Translations under genes and position numbers: made by a program | Assembly: GCF_036365525.1 (NCBI RefSeq) | Contig: NW_027140807.1 | Coordinates: 1,054,001-1,118,000 of the forward strand | Length of the DNA stretch: 64,000 bases | Reading direction: 5' to 3' | Source of the DNA: Heterodontus francisci | Taxonomy: Eukaryota | In this document: positions 55,506-64,000 of the stretch, one piece after another | Layout of the letters: every line of letters begins with the position of its first letter | How positions within the stretch are numbered: position 1 is the stretch's first letter | Notes under the pieces: generated by a model | Seen by the model: only the letters and a program-made list of their open reading frames with translations | Database searches by the model: none | What the model was told of the DNA's origin: nothing

Positions 55506-57944
55506 GTGATATCTCTCACTGATCATGGAATGTATTCACTGTCAACCCCAGTATCATTCTGGTGAATCTCAGCTGTATCTGGTCGGTGGCCAACAGCTGC
55601 TTGCTGAGGTAAGGTGTCCAGACTGAGTGCAATATTCCGGACATAGTCTAACCAGAGCCTCCTACAACTGTGGCATTACCTCCAAACCCTTTGTATTTTA
55701 GACTCTTTCATTAATCACACGTTCAATAATGCATGACTGGATGCATGCACACACACACTCCCAACTCTCACTCCCTCTCTCTCTCTCTCTCCTCAGTTTG
55801 TTTGACTATGTTGTTAGTTGTGCACCTTTGCCCTTCAGCTGATCTTACCTGTGCCTATGATGTGAAGAGTCTATTGTTCTCAGTCCTTGACAAACACAAC
55901 AGCTTCCTGCTTTGTAAAGGTTGATATTTTCCTATCAGTGACACACGGCACAACATTCAAATCTGTTAGTCCCAGGGAATGCAAATATCAAAGCCGGCTC
56001 AGAAGTGTTAATGGGTCCATTGTGGGACTGAATGAATATCTGAGAACCTGGCATGGACACAGGGGCACTGACAGAATCAGCAATCCAGTGAGAATGGAGA
56101 CAGTGGAAACTATCAAGGACTAGGCGTTGGACATGGGCTGGTTGGAACTGAGATGCACATTCAGACGCCCCTTTTCACAGGCAGTGTAACATTGAGTAAC
56201 AATGTGCTGCAAGGTGATTGTGATTACTGAGGGGACAGTGACATTGTGATTCTGTCACAGGAATATTATCTAGAACCCTGGACTGACTGCACTGCCCAAT
56301 GTGCTAATGATCTAACAGAGAAATGTGGGGACAGACGAATCCCACCCCATCAGAAACAAATCCTAGAATAGTACAACAGAGGGAGGCCATTCGGCCCATC
56401 GAGGGTTTGTCATCTCTTTCGAAAATCAACCCAGTTCATCCAACTCCGCTCTCTTTCACCGTTTCCCTCAATTTATTCCCCTTCAAATATTGAGCCAATT
56501 CCCTTTTTGAATAATACCATTGAATTTCCACCACCCTATCAGACATTGCCCTCCAAATCCAAACCACTCATGATATTAAAAAACATTTATCCTCATGTCA
56601 CCTCTGGTACCTTTGCCCATCACATTAAAGATGTGCCCTCTGGTGATCTATCGAATCTCCCCTTAACCTTCTCTGCTCTAAGGAGAACGTCCCTTTCTAG
56701 CCCAGTCTTTTTACTTGACTGAAATTCCTCACCAACTGAACCATCCGAGCAAATCTCTTCTGCACCCTCTCCAAAGCCTGCAGGTCTTTCCGAAAGTGTG
56801 GTGCCCAGAACTGGGCACAATATTCCAACAGGGGCCGACCTGGTGGTTTATACAGGTTTGGCATGACTCCCGGACTTTTGTACTCGACGTCTCTATTTAC
56901 AAAGCCCAGACGCCAATCTGATTTATTGATCGCTTTCTCAACCTACCCTGTCACCTTTAAATATTCCTGCACAAGCATCCCCCAGGTCTCTCTGTTCTTG
57001 CACCACTTCACAAATTGTATTGTTTCATCTCTCCTCATTCTTGCAGTCAAAATCAAACATATCAAAGACTAATCCCACCCATATCTGGGACAAATTACCC
57101 GCTTATTATTATTCAGTCAGTAATGGACAATGGTCTGCCAGTAACTCTATAAAGTTTACATACAACACTTTTCCTTCCGTAAAACAATATTCTCGGTGAT
57201 TCTTGTATTGAAGTTTATACCGAAATCCCACTGCTATCCCAATGTTAGCAGGTGTGGAGCAGTCAGTGACTGAGACATTAACATTTGGTCAGGGACCCCT
57301 CACAATATCCCATGTCCTGAATACTCAAACACTCTCTCACTGAGAAATTTATGTCCTCCTCATTCTGGTTTGTATGTGTTACTAACGCTGTATCTGTGCT
57401 ATTTAGGAGATGGTATCACTGTCGCTGATGTGAGGATTTCATTGTTCTCATTCTGTGACTACATTCTGAAAAACACAATCATTTACTTTAACCCCAACGA
57501 CCTCAGGGAGGAAAATGGATGTCTGATCATTTGTCTCTCTGGAACATATTGTTTCTCTGGCCCTCTCATCATCCCCCCAATACTGACCCACTACTGATAA
57601 GAGAGGCATGTCTCCTGGGAATATTCTCTCCCTAACATTCAGTCCCTATGAAAGATCAAATATACACAGACAATTTGAAAATACCGACACAATACTGACT
57701 ATAATTTTCAGAGACCCAGCCCCAGGCTCCAATCTCCCTACACCCTTCCTGTTGGGTAAGTGACGACAAGTTATGTTACAACAGCAAAGTCCAGTTGGTT
57801 AGCAAAGGCCCAGGAGAAATATTAACTTGCTTTATTATGGCAGCTCCTTTCACCGAAAGGCCTTCGTTTGCATAGATTATGTCATATTATTAATTATTAC
57901 TGAATGTAAATATTTCAGCCAACCAGCACTGCGGTCAGTCACTG

Positions 57945-58091
57945 GTCAATCCGTCGTGGTGTATATAGGGGTTGGAGCTGTCACTGAGACTGATACTGTT
58001 CACAGCAGAGTGGACCCGAGACTGAGGAGCAAGCAGCTGGAACTGAACCGACAACATCTCCCACCCAGCGACATCTACTTTGGAGACTCTG
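57945..58091 (+). promoter_or_regulatory. Putative promoter and non-coding exon 1 of gene B
   Basis: TATATA 57962-57967; donor GTAAGC at 58092. Confidence 0.55.
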
Positions 58092-58555
58092 GTAAGCAGT
58101 CGGGTATGGGAGGACTGCTCGAAACAGCACAGGAGTTTGTCATTTGCTAGGTGTTGACCCAGGGGGAATGTGTCCTGCTTTTCCTGAAACAACACCATCC
58201 TCAGTAATAACCTTTGTCAGAAATTCAAAGAGGTTCGTTACAGGAATGCAGGAGACAGACCTGGAGGAGAGAGTCAGGAACACATGTGGTTTGTTCATAA
58301 AAGTTTTGGAGAGTGGAAAGGGTGAAGGATTGGAGTCAAGTTCCTGATGTTTATCAAGAACATGTAGTTGAGCTCACCTCTGTCTGTAGGAGCCACAGTG
58401 AGAGAGAGAGAGATAGATGGAGCTCACCTCTCTGAACAGATATACTGACAAACTCCTCTTCAACTCCTTATTTAATATTCCCTCCAATTGCACGATTCCT
58501 TTAGTTCTCTCAAATGTTTGTCTTGTGTTTCCCTTTCCAGGATCTCACCAGTAAG

Positions 58556-61149
58556 ATGTGGACTCTGCTGATCATTCTGGGTTACCTGAGTGAGTAACTT
58601 TCATTCTCGACAAAGTTCACCCCCAGTACAACTGGAACAAGCTGTGTTTATTCAAACCGTTATATAGAATAATCTCCCAAGATGTTGCACAGAAATCTGA
58701 TGGAAGAAATGTCTGACACGGCAGGGAAGGAGATGATTGGAGGGCTAACTGTTAGTTTAAAAGAGCAGACGGAGGTGGAGAGGCAGAAAGGTTTAGGAGG
58801 CTGGACATCTTGAAGCCACATCAGACACTGCTGGAGGAAAGGGAGTGGAGGGAAGTTCTACAGGAGGCTTGGGTCAGAGAAACAGAGAGTTGGTGAAGAT
58901 TACAGAAATGAGGTGGGAGAGGGTGGAGAGGTCATGAAAGAATTTGAACAGGAAGATGGAAGTTGTACATCAAAGGCGTTTGCAGCTGTGAACCAATGTG
59001 GGTCAGAGAGCACAGGGGTGATGTGTGACTTAAACTTTCTGCAAGATAACATGCAACAGCAGTGTGTTGGAGGAGACCTGACTTCTGGAAAGTGGAAGCT
59101 GGGAGGCTGGCCAGGAGTGGATTAGAAGATTTGATTCTCTAGAAGGTAGAGGGTTTTTGGTAGAGGATTGGCTGAGGAAAAATCAGTGATGGTGGATATT
59201 ACGGAGGTTGTAATTGGATGCCATTGTGATGAGGAGGCTACAGGGAAGGAAGCTGGGCACAGTCGGAAGCTGATGAGAAATTGGAGAGGGACAAGATAGA
59301 TTCTCGGGGTACCCTAGAGGTAACAGTGCTGGAGTGGGTAGGGAAGACACTGCAGGAGATTCTCTGGCTGAGACTAGACTGGGTTGAGTGGAAATAGGCC
59401 AGAGCAGTTCCACCCAGCTGGACATGGAAGGAGAGGTGTTGGCGATGTATAGTGTGGTGAATTGTGTCAAAGACTGCCGACAATTCGAGAAGGATGATCA
59501 GAAACGGTATTCCTGACTTGGCTCTTGCAGCTTCACTGCTGCTCAAACCCTTTACCAGTTCTTTGGTACCTCTAGACTTGACTATTCCAAAGATCTCCTG
59601 GCTGATCTCTCACATTCCACCTTCTGTACATCTTGGTCATCCAGTATGATACTGCCCAAGTCCCGTTCACCTTTCATCTCTGTGCTCACTGACCTGCACT
59701 GGCTCCCGGTTCAGCAAGGCCTGGATTTCAATATTCTCACAATCGTTTCCAGATCCTTCTATCACCTCGCCGTTCCCTACCGCTGAAATCATCTCCAGCC
59801 CCACAACCCTCGGAGATCTCTGCGCTCCTCTAATTCAGGCCTCTTGAGTATTCCCGATTCGAATCCCTTCCACTATTGGCAGCTGTGCCTTCACCTGCCG
59901 AGGCTTAACGCAAGGGAATTCTCTCCCTCAACTTCTCCGTCTCTCCACCTCTCTTTCATCCTTTCAGACACTCCTTAAAACCTACCTCTTTGACATAGCA
60001 TTTGGCCACCTGCCCGACCAGCTGCTTCTGTGGATCGGTGTCAGTTCGGGATGGTAACACACCGATGAAGTGCTTTGGGACATTTTATTACATCAAAGGC
60101 AGTACATAAATGCAGGTTGTTGTTGGTTTTGAGACTACACGTTCCCTCTCCAGGACCCACCAGTCACACTGGGTCGCTTGTGCTCCACCTGGCAGTTCTC
60201 GCTCCTCCTCCACTTTACATCTTTCCAACTGGGATGAAGTGAAGCTGAGATATTTACTGCTTTCTGCTACCTGAGAGCTGGTGGTTAATCTAGAATAGGG
60301 AGGACTGTCTGTGAGCAGTGAGTTAGAGGGGGAGGCTGAGCTGGGAGACAGATGGAAACCCAGTTTAGAGAAGGAGGACATTTTCCAGCTTTAATCTGGG
60401 GGGTTTTGACCAGGGCGGAGGGTGAAACTGAGATTATTGGTATTTTGGGAGGGTACAAGGCGCTGTTTAACATTAACTGTACTTTATATTAACATTAAAC
60501 ATCTTTCTGTCACTCAGTCACAGACTCCACACTCACTGACCCGTGTGTAAATCACACAGTCCTGGACCAGCCCTGGAGGAGCATCGATTGTACTGGGACT
60601 GAGTGCTCTGATCAGGTGAAGTGTGATCAGAATCTTGCTCAAGGATGGTACAGATTTAAAAGGTAATGTAAAGGAACAAATTCTGGGTAAATCAGTTAAT
60701 GAGGGAGGAGTAAGGGATTTCCCCCAGTTTCAGGTACTATCTGCTGTTACCAGTCTCTCTAACAGTTAATATTTACCATCAGTTCAGGGACTGACTCTGT
60801 GATTATTGTTTCAGTTCTGGTGGATGGAAGATTCCGGACACTGTTGTCCCAGATAGCCACTGCTCCACACGTGCCTCAGGCTGGTTACAGGGTAATTTCC
60901 GTCTTAAAAAATCAGATTTTCATTCACTGTCCAGCACTGTTCACATGGGTTACATTCTTCAATATTTATAAACTCTCATTTCAGGTTCCCATCCCAGTGT
61001 GGGACAGGGGGAAGTAACGAGGACAGTTTGTTTTAACAAGGCTGGAAATCGCTGTCACTGGACCCAGGAAATAAAGATCAAAAACTGCAGCAGTTATTTT
61101 GTTTATGAGTTGAAGCCTCCACCTGACTGTGAAGCTGTTTATTGTACAG
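58556..61149 (+). CDS. Gene B (5' part; continues beyond the window): signal peptide plus first D8C domain
   Basis: Exons 58556-58589, 60524-60662, 60815-60891 and 60985-61149: MWTLLIILGYLNSTLTDPCVNHTVLDQPWRSIDCTGTECSDQVKCDQNLAQGWYRFKSSGGWKIPDTVVPDSHCSTRASGWLQGSHPSVGQGEVTRTVCFNKAGNRCHWTQEIKIKNCSSYFVYELKPPPDCEAVYCT. Open frame and intact splice sites. Confidence 0.9.
58690..60125. mobile_element. L2 relics (duplicate of 10570-12025)
   Basis: LIILLELSAVFDTIHHTIHRQHLS..LGGTALAYFHS. Confidence 0.75.
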
Positions 61150-61409
61150 GTAGATTGCTGTTCATGGTGCAGATGGGTGATTCTGGGATGTCCCGTGTCA
61201 CCCATAGAAATGAGACAGTTTACTCACTGCCCTCCTTTTTGTAAGGGACACAGTGAATAAAGGATCTGTAAAACAGAGTGAACTCTTCACTAAAACTCTA
61301 GGGAACTGAACCAGACGCTCGCTGTCTGGAGAGAGGGCTGGCATGTCTGGGTAGTATTCTGTCAGGTCTACAATTGAGGAGATTCAGGTTTTCTGGTGAG
61401 TATCAGACA

Positions 61410-62660
61410 CAGCAGCAGGATCCTGACAGACTCTATGTGAAGGGCAGTCACTCTCACCTCACCTCTTGAGTTCCACTCTTTTGTCCATGTTTGAACCACA
61501 CTGTAATGAGGTCAGGTGCTGAGTGACCCCGGCGGAACCCAAACTGACCATCACTGAACAGGCGATTGCTGAGCAAGTACCACTTGATAGCACTGTCGAT
61601 GAGACCTTCCATCATTTTACTGATGATAGAGAGTAGACTGATGGGACGGTAATTGGGTGGGTTGAACTTGCCCTGCTTTGACTTGTCCTGCTTTTTATGT
61701 ACAGGACATGCCTGGGCAGTTTTCCACATTGCAGGGTAGATGCCAGTGTTGTAGCTGCACTGGAACAGCTTGGCTAAGGATGCAACAAGTTCTGGAGCAC
61801 AGGTACTTCCGCGATATTGTCAGGGCCCATAGCCTTTGCAGTATCCAGTGCCTTCAGTCATTTCTTGATATCAAGTGGAGTGAATCGAATTGGCTGAAGA
61901 CTGGCATCTGTGATGCTTGGGACTGCAGGAGAAGGCCGAGATGTCTCATCAACTCGGCACTTCTGGCTGAAGAATTTTGCAAATGCTTCAGCCTTATCTT
62001 TCGCACTGATGTGCTGGGCTCCCTGATCATTGAGGATGGGGATGTTTGTGGGGCCACCTCCTCCAGTTAGTTGTTTAATTGTCTACTGCCATTCACGACT
62101 GGATGTCGCAGGACTGCAGAGCTTAGATCTGATCCGTTGGTTATCGGATCGCTTAGTTCTGTCGATCACATGCTGCTTCTGCTGTTTGGCATGCAGATAG
62201 TCCTGGGTTGTAGCTTCACCAGGCTGACACCTCATTTTGAGGTATGCCTTGTGCTGCACTTTGCATGCACTCTTCATTGAACCACGTTTGGTCTCCTGGC
62301 TTGATGGTCATGATAGAGTGGGGGGATATACCGGACCATGAGGTTACAGATTGTGGTTGAGTACATTTCTGCTGCTGCTGTTGTTCCCACAGCACCTCAT
62401 GGATGCCCATTGTTGCATTGCTAGACTTGTTTGAATCTATCCCATTCAGCACGGTGATAGTGCCACACAACACGATGGACGGTATCCTCAATGTGAAGGC
62501 GGGACTTCGTCTCCACAAGGACTGTGCGGTGGTCACTCCCACCAATACTGTCATCAGCAGATGGTTATGTGGCAGGCAGATTGGTGAGGATGACGTCAAG
62601 TATATTTTCTCCCCTTGTTGGTTCTGTCATCACCTGCCGCAGTCCCAGACTAGCAGCTCG
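61410..62660 (-). mobile_element. CR1-group LINE fragment (duplicate of 13325-14590)
   Basis: WKTAQACPVHKK..NYRPISLLSIISKMMEG..QFGFRRGHSAPDLI. Confidence 0.88.
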
Positions 62661-64000
62661 GTCAGGAGTGGGCTGCAGCGACTGAGGGCAGTGGGATGTA
62701 GTGACTGAGGGGAATGAGATGTAGTGACTGAGGAGAGTGGGATGCAGTGAATGTGGGGAGTGGGATGTAGCGACTGAGGGGAGGGGGATACAGTGACTGA
62801 GGGGAGTGGGATACAGTGACTGAGGGTAGTGGGATGTAGTGACTGAGGGGAGTGGGGTATAGTGACTGAGGGGAGTGGGATGTAGTGACTGAAGGGAGTG
62901 GGATACAGTGACTGAGGGGAGTGGGATGTAGTGACTGAAGGGAGTGGGATGCTGTAATTGAGGGAAGTGGGATGCAGTGACTGATGAGTAGGATGTGGTA
63001 ACTGAGGGGAGTGGGGTACAGTGACTGAGGGGAGTGGGATGACGAGACTGAGGGGAGTAGGATGTAGTGACTGATGGGAGTGGGATACAGTGACTGAGGG
63101 TAGTGGGGTACAGTGACTGAGGGGAGTGGGATGACGAGACTGAGGGGAGTAGGATGTAGTGACTGATGGGAGTGGGATACAGTGACTGAGGGTAGTGGGA
63201 TGTAGTGACTGAGGGGAGTGGGGTACAGTGACTGAGGGGAGTGGGATGTAGTGACTGAAGGGAGTGGGATACAGTGACTGAGGGTAGTGGGATGTAGTGA
63301 CTGAAGGGAGTGGGGTACAGTGACTGAGGGGAGTGGGATGTAGTGACTGAAGGGAGTGGGATACAGTGACTGAGGGTAGTGGGATGTAGTGACTGAGGGG
63401 AGTGGGGTACAGTGACTGAGGGGAGTGGGATGTAGTGACTGAAGGGAGTGGGATACAGTGACTGAGGGTAGTGGGATGTAGTGACTGAAGGGAGTGGGAT
63501 ACAGTGACTGAGGGTAGTGGGATGTAGTGACTGAAGGGAGTGGGGTACAGTGACTGAGGGTAGTGGGATGTAGTGACTGAGGGGAGTGGGGTACAGTGAC
63601 TGAGGGGAGTGGGATGTAGTGACTGAAGGGAGTGGGATACAGTGACTGAGGGGAGTGGGATGTAGTGACTGAAGGGAGTGGGATACAGTGACTGAGGGGA
63701 GTGGGATGTAGTGACTGAAGGGAGTGGGATGCTGTAATTGAGGGAAGTGGGATGCAGTGACTGATGAGTAGGATGTGGTAACTGAGGGGAGTGGGGTACA
63801 GTGACTGAGGGGAGTGGGATGACGAGACTGAGGGGAGTAGGATGTAGTGACTGAGGGGAGTGGGATGTAGTGACTGAGGGTAGTGGGGTACAGTGACTGA
63901 GGGGAGTGGGATGTAGTGACTGAAGGGAGTGGGATGCTGTAATTGAGGGAAGTGGGATGCAGTGACTGATGAGTAGGATGTGGTAACTGAGGGGAGTGGG
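62660..64000 (+). repeat. 23-bp satellite, homogenised, with higher-order blocks
   Basis: tagtgactgaggggagtgggatg units; the block at 62941 recurs at 63721 and again near 63930. Confidence 0.95.

Larger units (their letters stand above)
52340..64000 (+). repeat. Segmental duplicate of about 5235-15470 (offset about 47-48 kb)
   Basis: Same order of V leader, AAC repeat, LINE, 37-bp repeat, CR1, promoter, leader exon, L2, D8C exons, LINE and 23-bp satellite; roughly 90% identity by eye. Confidence 0.95.

Overview
Vertebrate genomic DNA, very probably from a cartilaginous fish (abundant CR1 LINEs, HE1/V-SINE-type SINEs, RTE and L2 relics). Most long ORFs in the supplied track are artefacts of satellites or retroelements; the real genes are split into short exons. 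(1) A complete, apparently intact + strand gene (about 9.9-39.9 kb) encodes a secreted protein of about 536-566 aa. It has a signal peptide, two UMOD/GP2/OIT3-type D8C (D10C) domains, a Ser/Thr/Glu-rich stalk built from repeated 96-bp phase-1 exons, and a short C-terminal module. No ZP domain, TM helix or GPI signal was found. (2) The 5' part of a second paralogue starts at about 57.9 kb in a tandem segmental duplication with a period of about 48 kb. (3) Four - strand T-cell-receptor V pseudogene segments are present (three Vbeta-like, one Vdelta-like); two retain 23-bp-spacer RSSs, and the Vbeta-like one is co-duplicated with the D8C gene. The three D8C domains show near-invariant framework and introns but loops saturated with non-synonymous changes, which suggests a diversifying family of secreted recognition or decoy proteins embedded among TCR V segments. 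All exon calls and alignments were made by eye.
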